From Eledone cirrhosa (taxonomy: Eukaryota): DNA of 64,000 nucleotides. The position numbers and the translations under genes were made by a program. Of the stretch, positions 52,913 to 64,000 are shown piece after piece; within the stretch, counting starts at the first letter, position 1; every line of letters begins with the position of its first letter. The notes below the pieces were generated by a model. It had not been told where the DNA came from, made no database searches, and saw only the letters and a program-made list of their open reading frames with translations. The stretch is taken from contig OZ024757.1 of the NCBI GenBank assembly GCA_964016885.1, forward strand, positions 15,314,001 to 15,378,000, in the 5' to 3' direction.

Positions 52913-53034
52913 CTGGAAACAAAATTTTTAAAAATACAATTATGACATAACATTATTATATTTCCTGTTTATCAAAAAGAGACAATAGAAATTAAGACAA
53001 AAGATAACTTGTCATTTCAAGATTGTTCCATGAA

Positions 53035-53465
53035 TGATGTTTTGTGAGATAACATTTAAAACATTTAAAATGATGTTTTGTGAGATGATATTTAAAATAT
53101 TCAAAATGATGTTTTGTGAGATAACATTTTAAATATTTAAAACGATGTTTTGTGAGATAACATTTTAAATATTTAAAACAATGTTTTGTGAGATAACATT
53201 TTAAATATTTAAAACGATGTTTTGTGAGATAACATTTTAAATATTTGAAACGATGTTTTATGAGATAGCATTTTAAACATTTAAAACAATGTTCCATGAG
53301 ATAACATTTTAAACATTTAAAACGATGTTTTGGGGGATAACATTTTAAATATTTAAAACAATGTTTTATGAGATAACATTTTAAATATTTAAAACAATGT
53401 TTCGTGAAATAACATTTTAAACATTTAAAATTATGTTTTGTGAGATAACATTTTAACAATTTAAA
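53035..53465. repeat. 36-bp minisatellite, ~12 copies
   Basis: (tgttttgtgagataacattttaaatatttaaaacga)n. Confidence 0.92.
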
Positions 53466-54147
53466 CATGCAATATTATGTTTACAGAAACAGACTTCCAA
53501 TAATTGTTATTTATAATTCATAGATAAAACAGTTATATTTGTAATTTAGTCACAATAATAAAAAGTATATTTTATATTTAAAAAAAGGAGTAAAAAAAAC
53601 TGATTTATGATACTATTATGAAAATTTCAAAGATGTTTTTATTAAAAATTTAATATTCATTTCAAAATATAAATTGTATTACTTTTAATGTGTAATTCTT
53701 TAGAATTTTGAATTAAAAAAAAGTGGCATTTAGTCAGTCATAAGGAAAGGGTAGAGCATCCCTTCAAGAGAACATTTCCAGTCATGTACACTTTAACCCT
53801 TTAGCATTTAATCCATCTGTATCTAGCCAGAATCCCCTCACCTCAAACCGACCATAACTGGCCGCTCATACTGATGTTACGGTATTGTTCTCAAAATAAA
53901 TAATATCAAAATCTCATAGATTTGATATTATGTGAGATAGTTAAGTAAGATAAAGTGTTTACTTTGAAAATATAATAGTAAATATAGAGGAATGTGAATG
54001 CTAAAGGGTTAAATATTATCAACATTCAGGGTCTAAATTTGTTTCACAAATCAAGAAAGCATTTATATTATAGACATATCAGGACATATTAAAACCATAA
54101 GGACATGAATCATTTGTATATCTGTGTACACATGTGTGTAAATACAT

Positions 54148-54204
<57 letters not shown>

Positions 54205-54371
54205 TATTAAAAAAAGAGTATAGTATACACAGATTTATTAATATTCATACATGGTAAAGATGTGTCATCAAAGCGTATATTGGCTAAGCTTCAAAAGAGA
54301 AGTTTGATGAAGCTTAGTGAAGACAGTGTGTTAAAACACCATAGTTATATATATATATATACATATATATA

Positions 54372-54429
<58 letters not shown>

Positions 54430-54656
54430 GAAAGAGAGACAGGTATGAAGTTAAGCCCAATCTTTACTTCATACCTGTCAACAGATACTAGTATTTTTTA
54501 TTATTTTAATGATTATAATTTTGTTTAGAAATTGTTTTGTAAACTAATTAACATCCCCAACCCCCACCAATTATTTCACAGTTTCTGCTGAGTATATTAT
54601 TTTTATATTTTTTTAATATGAAAATTTTACATATTGATAAAGTATAAAGTCTTATT

Positions 54657-54845
54657 AATAATTGTTTCTACTTTTTGGCACAAGGCCAGCAATTACCCAG
54701 TACATTACTGGTACTTTATTTTATCGACCCCGTAAGGATGAAAGGCAAAGTTAACCTTGACGGGATTTGAACTCAGACCATAAAGGGACGTAACTATGCT
54801 GGAAAGCATGGCGTCCGACCATCTACCAATACTGCCAATTCACCA
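54657..54845 (-). mobile_element. SINE family 1 copy
   Basis: Homology; TSD-like attaataatt. Confidence 0.88.
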
Positions 54846-57800
54846 TTAATAATTAAGAGCAATTAAGAGAGTTGAATTGGCAGAGCAATAGACTAACTGG
54901 CTTGTGGTATTTAGTTATACAACTTTATGTTGGTTGGCTCTGATTTTCATCTACTCAAGATTGATAGAATACATACCAATTGAGTACAGGAGTGGTCAAC
55001 CTAATTAACTATGTATGTATGAACTCATAACTCCTGGTATAATTGTAAGGGTGTTGTAGAGACATACAGCATTTCTAAGTGAATTCTAAAGCTGGCAGAA
55101 CCCATCCTCTCCCCGGGTCTGAACACAGTTAATTTCTTCCAGAGAAATGCACCCAATTCCTGTTGTAAAGTGGTTGGTGATAAAAAGGGCATCCAGCTGT
55201 AAAAAGCTTGCCAAACAAATAGCTGGGAGGATTCTTCAGTTGTGTCAAGGACATGACAGCCTCCCTGGTGTGATGATCTACACAATAAACACACCCAGTC
55301 ATGCTGTAAAGTGGTTGGTGGTAGGAAGGGCATCCAGCTGTAGAAAGCCTGTCAAACAAAGGGTTGGGAGGACCCTTCAGTTGTGTCAAAGACATGACAA
55401 CTTCTCTAGTGCACTTGGTAGAATGTGAGACCATACTTAAGCATGATGCAAATCCTTGGCCTATCTGAGAGAAGAGTAGTAACCCCACGTCAGTACTGAC
55501 TTGGTCTATGTAGACCCATCCAACCCTTGCTAGCAGGGAAAGTGGATGTTAAAACGATGATGATAAAGGAGTGGGAGAAAGACAGAGAGTTATAGGGAGG
55601 AAGTGGGAAAGAGACATGAAGGAAGAATCAATCACAGTACTGGACTGGTACATTTTTATCAACCCTGAGAGGATGAGAAGCAAAGTTAACCTCAGTGAGA
55701 TTTGAACTCAGTGAGCAGAGAGCCAGAAAAACTACTGCGGAACCTTCTATTCAATGTTCTAATGGCTTCGCCAATCTGCCACATACTTAATTGACTATAC
55801 CTTTCATTTCAAGTTCTTCCTATATTAGAAATAAATACTTTAATGTTAATTTAATGAAAACTAAGACTTCTTGGGTGTTGTTGAAAGTATATTCCCCTGT
55901 GTCACTGTGAACTTTATTTAATCCCTCCGAAAAAAGCCCCAGAAAAAAAAACAGCTCAGGCCCTACATCATAAAACGGTTTATTTTAAAGAGTATATATT
56001 TATTTAAAATCCTTCCATCATAATTTTATCTGAGAACCTTTGTTCAGTTTCATTCCAAACATTGGTTTAATAAAAAAGAATGTTATATTACTAAATCCTT
56101 CCAAATCCTAAATGATTTTCAAAATCATTTGAAAATCATAGGCAGTGAAATCTTTTTATTGGAAATATGTTAACAAAAGGGTTAACTTGTCTGCTGTTGA
56201 AAGTGTTTTTCTGTTATTATTGTGCACAAGTGTTAAAACCATTTTTATGCTCTTCCAAAGAACTGAAGACATTTTCTGAATATTCTTTTGATCTCATAGG
56301 GAAGTAACATTCCAAATACAAGGGTAGATGACAAAGCAGTAAAACAGTTGTAAAAATAGCTGAAGAATAACAGATAGTAGATCCCTTAGCCTTACGAGAA
56401 GGAGAGCATCCAGTTATAGAGCAGCTATCATTAACAGATCTTTGTGGTAGAATCTAATAGAAATGAAACCTTTCATTGAAGAAAGAAGGACTAAAAAAAC
56501 AACATGAGTAAAAAAGATTTTAGTGATAATCAAGTGAGATGAAATATAGAAATTCTCATGAGAAAATAATCATTGCATCATTAATTTATAATAGACTACA
56601 TGCAACCAATAACGAATTCAGAAGTTTTGACATGCTTTCATCATTAAATTGTAACATTTTTTTAAAACCTCATAGTCACAAGAACCTCAATAAACCCATT
56701 GACATGCAATAAGTATATAAAATATTTGATTTGTGAAGTGAAATGTGAATTCAGAAAGAGAAATAGAAAGGTGTAATGAAAAGTGTCTTTGAATAACCTT
56801 CTTACTCTGTGTCCTTTTAGTTGGTCTTGGTGGGCGGAAGGGAGGTATCGGTGTTTGTAGTTAATGATTTCTACTATAGACATAAGGCCAGTAATTTTGG
56901 GGAGTGCAAAGTCAATTAAATTGACCCCAGTACATTACTGGTGCTTTATTTTATCAACCCTGTATGGATGAAAGGCAAAGCTAACCTTGGCAGGATTTGA
57001 ACTCAGATCATAAAGGGGCGTAACTCTATGTTGCAAAGGTGTTTATAGATAATAACACAAATGACTGATGGAGGTTTCATTCTTTGCTAGGAATTATAAT
57101 GGGGTGGGAATTTAAAAAGGAATGTGAGGTTGCATAGCCTAATGGTCATAAGGTGATGGATTCAGTTCTAGAACCAAATGGTGTGTTGTATTCTTGAGCA
57201 AGATGCTTTATTTTACATTGCTTATCATGGTAGGACTGGGTCCCCTATAATTAAAACACCCTAGAAACCTGTGAGATGCAATCTCATATGAGAACAGCTA
57301 CACTTGTATAGTTGTAAGCTGTAAATTTAATTTTATTTTCAATGTTTTTAATCTGTAGTTTGAAGTGGAGGTGTATGGCTTAGTGGTTAGAGCATTGGGC
57401 TTGTAATCAGGAGGTTGTGATGCATTGCGACCTTGAGCAAGACACTTTATTTTACCTTGCTCCAGTTTATTGAGCTGTTGAAATGAGTTGTGACATCACT
57501 AGTGTCAAGCTGTATTGGCCATTGCCTTTCCCTTGATGACATGGATGTTTAAGCAGGTGTGGCAAGCCATATATATTCTAACCATTAGTAAAAGCAAAAT
57601 GAATGCTTCACCTTCAAAAGAAGAGGGATGACTCAAGAAGAAGTTGAAGTGTAAGGAGATAAGCCAAACATTCTAAGCATTTTCTATGATAAGAAAAAAG
57701 TGTTCACGGCTGAAAATAATAGGACAAGATGCCAATAACATTTCAGCATATTTTATGTTGTGTTGTCAATATCAGTATTGGATGCAGGCATGGCTGTGTA

Positions 57801-57894
57801 CTTAAGTTTCTTTTGAAACTGTGTGGTTTGAACCCACTGCATGAAATATAGGAAATGGAAACTGTAGGAGCAAGTTAAAGGAATTGCCCCAATT

Positions 57895-58430
57895 TAAATC
57901 CAGCAACTGGGTTTAGGCTGGTAGACTTAAACCAGCACATGGGTCTAGGGTGTTAGACTTAAATCAGCACCTGGATCTAGGGTGGTAGACTTAATCTGTC
58001 ACCTGGGTCTAGAGTGGTAGACTTAAACCAGCACGTGGGTCTAGAGTGGTAGACTTAAACCAGCACCTGGGTCTAGGGTGGCAGACTTAAACCAGCACCT
58101 GGGTCTAGGGTGGTAGACTTAAACCAGCAACTGGGTCTAGGGTGGTAGACTTAAACCAGCAACTGGGTCTAGGGTGGTAGACCTAAACCAGCAACTGGGT
58201 CTATGGTGGTCGACTTAAACCAGCACCTGGTCATTGAGTGTTAGACTTAATCTGTCACCTGAGTCGAGAGTGGTAGAATTAAACCAGCACCTGGGCAATG
58301 AGTGTTAGACTTAATCAGTCACCTGAGTCGAAAGTGGTAGACTTAAACCAGCACCTGGGCATTGAGTGTTAGACTTAATCTGTCACCTGATTCGAGAGTG
58401 GTAGACTTAAACCAGCACCTGGGCATTGAG
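57895..58430. repeat. 32-bp minisatellite, ~17 copies
   Basis: (agacttaaaccagcacctgggtctagggtggt)n. Confidence 0.92.
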
Positions 58431-58452
58431 AAACTCTAGCAGACTCTACTCT

Positions 58453-58911
58453 AGTTTCTGATTTAGGCACAAGGCACATTTTGGCGGAGGGGAAAGTCAA
58501 TTAAATTGACCCCAGTGCGTTACTGGCACTTTATTTTATCAACCCTGTCAGGATGAAAGGCAAAGCCAACCTCGACAGGGATTTGATTTCAGAATGTAAA
58601 GTGCCATAACTCTATGCTGCGAAGCAAGTTGTCTGGCGCTCTACCAATTCTATTGCCAACCCCTAAAAAGAGAATAATAATGAAATACATTTCAGTTCTA
58701 CTTCCTGTATTCACAATTGATAATTGTTTCTACTTTAGGCACAAGGCCAGCAATTATCCCAGTGTATTACTTGTACTTTATTTTATCGACCCCGTAAGGA
58801 TGAAAGGCAAAGTCAACCTCGGCGGGATTTGAACTCAGATCGTAAAGGGACGTAACTATGCTGGAAAGCATGGCATCCGACCCTCTACCGATACTGCCAA
58901 TCCACCGCCCC
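58453..58911 (-). mobile_element. Two tandem SINE family 1 copies (older long subfamily + young short subfamily)
   Basis: Homology to other copies. Confidence 0.85.
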
Positions 58912-59222
58912 ATAATGATAGCCAATAATACCAATGACAATTTTAGCTTCATTGGGCTTACTAAGTCCCTCCTACATGAGAACAAACTGTTGAGCAGTGA
59001 TTGATATATTCTCTCTCATGTTCTTGGTATATTATCTCTTATATTCTATTGCTTGAAATAAGGGTGTTTAAGGTGTGCTTTGTGAAATGGTACATGCAAA
59101 AGTGGGTGAGTAGACTAATAGTTGATACTTTGAAACATGCAACTTAAAAACCTGGCTAGAGGTTTGGTGACATCTTGGATATCTAGAGAAGAATTATCCT
59201 CTTCTCTTTCCACTACCTCCTA

Positions 59223-59298
<76 letters not shown>

Positions 59299-60309
59299 TG
59301 CCTGCATGTGTGTAAATGTGTCTGCTTGTGTATATGTGTGTGTGAATGTGTCTATTTGTGTATGTGTGTGTGTGTGCATGTGTGTGTGAATGTGAGTGTG
59401 TGAGTGTATATGTATGTATGCGTGTGCTTATGTATTTGTGTATATGTGTGTACTTGTGCATGCGTGTGTTTGCTTATGTATGTGCGTGAATGTGTGCATG
59501 TATGCGTGAATTTGTCTGCTTGTGCATGTGTGTGTGTGTGCATGTGTCTTGTTAGACACTGTGTCACACTGGATCTCCCTGAGAACTTATATCAAGAGTG
59601 TATATGTTTACAGAATTCTCAGTCACTTCATCATCATCATCATTGTCATCGTTTAGCATCCATTTTCCATGCTAGCATGGGTATGACGGGCAGTCTCTTT
59701 GTGAGAGATCAGTTGAGATGACCTTGATCTGTATACCTAAATACCATGAATGGACTGTTCCATAGATCACACAACCAGAACCACCGGAGATCTAGAGTGT
59801 GTGTATATATACGTGTGTGAGTGTGTGTATGTGTGTGTGTGGCTGTTATTTAGGTGAGCTAAATAGCAATTACATACCAGGACTTCAGTTTTGTTTAGTT
59901 AGTCTTTCAGTCAACCACGTATGACAGTCGTTCAATCAACCATGTGTGTCAGTAGATTGGACACTCCACAGACCTATATGGTTCACTGATTGACTAACCA
60001 AATGAAACAGCAGTTTACGATATATATAATCCCTGTTTATCTGACATAAATCAACACATATTAGGCTCGACACCAAGTCATGCTACTGCAATGGTTCTTA
60101 ACTTCTAGTGGATTGCCAGGGAAACCATCGTAACATATGACAGCATTATCTCCATTGCTGTCTTATATATACACTTCTGTCAAAAAGTTGCATTAAAAAT
60201 ATTCTTTTTTTGAACTACAAAATAAAACAAAACTACATGTGATTGTGTGGGTGTGTGAATTTAGTAAAGATAAAACTAAAAACAGCTTGCATTAGAAATT
60301 ATCATTATC

Positions 60310-60347
<38 letters not shown>

Positions 60348-60799
60348 GAAATTATAATTTCAAATTTTTTAACATTCTATCAGTGCCACAATGTGAAGAC
60401 AATCTAAAGATGAGACTCAGTGAAACTACAAAGAAAATGCTTAAGAAAAATTTTTTTTTTCAAACAAAATTCACTCCATTCAACATACACAGATAACATC
60501 TTATAGAATAAAAAAAAACGACTACTAACTACTAAAGGTTAATTAAACGCTAAAAGAAGATAGGACAACTTGTCTAACCAGAAGACAAGGACAAAAAGAC
60601 GAAAAGGAGGAAAAATAAAGATAAAGAGAGAGAGAGAGAGAGAGAGAGAATAATAACACCAACATGATAGAGAGGATTCATAAAACAACTAAGTCATTCA
60701 GATGTATTCAATAGGAATAATAATAGACAAGCTCAGACTTAAAGAAAGAAACTCTTGTAAATGTGATGACTTCTTGGAATAGTTTAGATGTGCAGTCTG

Positions 60800-60845
<46 letters not shown>

Positions 60846-60850
<5 letters not shown>

Positions 60851-60975
60851 AACCAGTAAGACCCCGACGGCTGAGCTCAAGCCGTTTCGACGGCTAATTC
60901 TGGACTAAAAAAAAAGTCCAGAATTAGCCGTCGAAACGGCTTGAGCTCAGCCGTCGGGGTCTTACTGGTTCCTAT
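60846..60975. repeat. Perfect 61-bp-arm palindrome with an A8 loop; related degenerate copy near 22130-22260
   Basis: Arms are exact reverse complements. Confidence 0.92.
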
Positions 60976-61305
60976 TACCCACTTTACTACCCCAAGTATT
61001 GAGTACTTTGGTGCGTTATGGTCCACCCGGTTCCTTACCACATTTCCTTCGTTATATATATATATATATATATATAAATCAACTAGAAATTGATTGACAT
61101 ATATATATATATATCTAAAATAAACATATGAAACAATCACAGGGAATAATTTGTAAAAGTGTGTAAGCACATGTCTCTCGGACATGACACCCTTAATTTA
61201 ATTTTGGATATATATATATATATATATATACACATACACACATCTTCATTGTACTGTCTCATTTGCAAGTGTCTGCTTTTCATTTACTTTTTGCAGAAAT
61301 ATACA

Positions 61306-61355
<50 letters not shown>

Positions 61356-62745
61356 GATGGATTCAGTTTGAAACTGGTTAGACCATATATATATATATAT
61401 CATCATAACCACCATACATTTTTTTTTTGATCATTTCACATGTACTTTCCTGATGAAGGAATAAAGTCTGATACATTGAACTCCTTTTTCTGTCTTTCAT
61501 CTAAGCATGAGTCTAAGAACATTAATTGTTTGTATTTCTGTGTTTGCCTATTATATATATATATTATAGGTTGATTTCCGATGTATATCAGGAGGTGACT
61601 ATAGTTAAAAAAGCTACTTAGTAGAGTACAGGCATCTTTATATTTGTTTTTATAGAAATGACTTCTACAGGACAAGAATTGTTTAATTTGTAAGAAACCT
61701 CCAGGAAAGTCCTGATGATTTCTTCTGAATGAAAGTTCTAGTCTTGTAGATGCCATTTTATATAATAATTGTTTCTACTTTAGGCACAAGGCCAGCAATT
61801 ACCCAGTGCATTACTGGTACTTTATTTTATCGACCCCGTAAGGATGAAATAATAATATATATATATATATAGTAATAATAATAAATTTGAAGACTAAAAT
61901 CCAAAGAGGGTTCCATAAGGATAAATATATATCAAATATATATATATATATATAAATTAAATGATTATATATATATATATATATTTAAAAAGTTAAATTA
62001 TTAATTAATTATTTATGTTAATTATTGGAGATAATCTTAATAAATTAATTAGGAAATCTATAAAACAAACCAATCTGAAATCTGCATAAATTGAAATTTA
62101 ATTTTTGTAATCTAATTAGACTATTTTATTATTACTTGATTCTTAAAAAAAGGATTTTATGAGTAAATTTAATTTTCAGCATGCATCAATTTTCTTGAAA
62201 GCAAAATTATGGATAATCCTTAGATACTCTGTAAACATTTCTCAATATAAACAGTTTAACCCTTGTTAGTTTTATAATGCAAAATTGCCCATTTTAATGT
62301 GCTTTTATAAAAACACTCCTAAATAATCTTATGTAAGATCCTTTTGTTAAATAATGTTCAAAATATCAGCTTTAGAATGAAAATGAAAATATTAAGCTAT
62401 AATTAATATTAATTATTAAATCCTTCCAAATTTCTTTCATTGTTTTCACAATTCATTGAAACACACTGGCTATTGTTTTAATTAGAAATATGGTAATAAA
62501 AAGGGTTAAAGACAGATAATGAGCAAAACCTGTACATTTGCTAGCACCACCATGTCTGTCACCAGCAAACCCACCATCATCACCACCATCACCATAATCA
62601 TTATTAAAACAAAAAAAAAAAAAAAAAAAGGAAAGAAGCATTCCACCTATGAAGACACATTTCATTACCTGGTTGGGTATTGTTTCTGTTTGCATCTAGG
62701 AATAAAAACCAATGACAGAGAATTTGTAATTGAAGAAATTAACTA

Positions 62746-63135
62746 TTAACTCTTAACATCCTGGAATGATTTAGCATAAAATGTCTGAGTATGAGTTAGT
62801 TAATTCAAATGTTTGTAGTATCTTTACCGGTGGACAGATAATTGTAGAAATTTTCAGTATTACAGTAAAGACTTTAATATTTAATCTGATGCAGTTATAG
62901 TGCAGTGCTGTTTTGTACTTTTCAAGAATATCTTGCTGATGTAGGTTAGCATGGTTTGTCAATTCCAAAGTTTAGAGTATCTTTACTAGTGGACCAATGT
63001 TTGTGAAAATTTGAAGTAAACTAATGTAAAGACTTCAATTTTTAATGTAATACAAGCCAAGCACAGTGCTGTTTTGTGCTCCTCAAGAATGTCTTGCTAT
63101 TATGGTTTCATTCGGTACAGGACGTTAAGAGTTAA
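62746..63135 (+). mobile_element. TTAA-flanked MITE family B; second copy ~16362-17121 has a family A MITE nested inside
   Basis: TIR TTAA-CTCTTAACATCCTG ... CAGGACGTTAAGAG-TTAA. Confidence 0.82.
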
Positions 63136-63782
63136 TTTACCTAAAGAATTGTAATTAATCTTTCAAGAAGTAAATGAAATATGACAATAATGAACTAGAT
63201 TTTAATTAAATGACCTTTACACATTGCATATCAACTTGCCAAAATCTGTTTCTGTGTCTATGAAAACCCCCACCAATTTTAAAGGGTTCCAGCACAATTT
63301 TATATAAGAACATTTTAAGTTAATGTACAAATATTTTATTATTTAAATAATAAATATTTTTGTAAATTTCTCCAAATTCTTCATTAATTAATTAAAATTA
63401 CGTTATTATTTAATTAACGAAAGATTTTAGTAAATCCCTCCAAATTTTTTATTATATTCATAATTATTTGAAAACCATAGGCAGTGTCTTTCATTAGAAT
63501 ATGATAAGGAGAAGGTTAACCTTACAAACTCTTAGAAGTTATGGGCTTGCTTGAGGAGATTTCTTCTCTGAAGACTTACTGTATCTAGCTCTCCTGAGAG
63601 CTTCTTACTACCTCCAAATTTTTTATTATTTCCAAATTATTTGAAAACCATAGGCAAGGAAAGGGTTACCCATACAAATATATATCTATGTCCATTACTT
63701 GTATTAAATTTGAAGACAAATTTTCTAAAATACAAGAAACTATGACCAGAACAAAACAAACAATTAATTTAATTTAACTTAC

Positions 63783-63910
63783 TTGATTCATTTAAACTGA
63801 CGTTATCGAGAGGGGAGCGTTCCTTTTTCAAATTTGATTCCATGTCAATTTTATTTCGCTCGCCTTTTAAGTTGTTCTGGTTAAGATTTGAGTCCAAACG
63901 GGAAGTGTGA
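63783..63910 (-). CDS. Cav2: Cav2 exon, II-III linker (HTSRLDSNLNQNNLKGERNKIDMESNLKKERSPLDNVSLNES)
   Basis: tttctttcag acceptor, gtaagt donor, 128 nt open. Ends in phase 1, matching the next exon. Sequence is poorly conserved, so the call rests on splice signals and phase. Confidence 0.8.
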
Positions 63911-64000
63911 CTGAAAGAAATACTGTAAGTGAAAAATTTTATCTTAACAACCGAATAAACATTTGTGCAGAAGAAAACAAAGGCTTAACAGATCTGACTA

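Larger units (their letters stand above)
383..63910 (-). other. Cav2: Cav2-type voltage-gated calcium channel alpha-1 subunit gene (partial: II-III linker to pre-IQ C-terminus; continues beyond both window ends)
   Basis: 19 exons with GT-AG ends and matching phases (except across the N gap). Cav2-type motifs: [57 protein letters not shown], selectivity-filter TGEGW (III) and TGESW (IV). Confidence 0.96.

Noticed and set aside
52992-53468. 158-aa KHxFKYLKCYL repeat ORF that looks zinc-finger-like
   Set aside because: 36-bp intronic minisatellite; spacing is not C2H2
57895-58430. CRISPR-like 32-bp repeats (also the 58-bp array at 1.1-2.6 kb)
   Set aside because: Head-to-tail units with no unique spacers, no cas genes, eukaryotic intron
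59152-59182. 31-nt candidate cassette exon with downstream TGCATG motifs; also an 11-nt candidate near 60489-60499
   Set aside because: Weak splice sites; frameshifting alone, and together they read through a TAG

Overview
AT-rich, microsatellite- and SINE-dense animal genomic DNA. The repeat landscape suggests an octopus-like cephalopod (inference). The whole window lies inside one minus-strand gene for a Cav2-type (P/Q/N/R; cacophony/UNC-2/CACNA1A-B-E family) voltage-gated Ca2+ channel alpha-1 subunit. I traced 19 GT-AG exons by hand, phase-consistent except across the assembly gap, from the II-III linker (63910) through domains III and IV to the pre-IQ C-terminus (383). One required exon (IVS5-P loop) is not visible and probably lies in the 200-N gap. 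Two things stand out. First, there are two paralogous, phase-0, apparently mutually exclusive exons for the domain IV S1-S2 loop plus IVS2 (33321-33431 and 30501-30635). Second, the introns carry several families of Penelope-type minimal hammerhead-ribozyme motifs, often in long palindromes; the three best-preserved ones are in the pre-mRNA sense inside the alternatively spliced region. Introns also hold two tRNA-derived SINE families, TTAA (piggyBac-type) and hAT MITEs, mariner remnants, RTE and R4/Dong LINE fragments, and several TE-derived minisatellites. Almost all ORFs in the supplied track are artefacts of low-complexity DNA.
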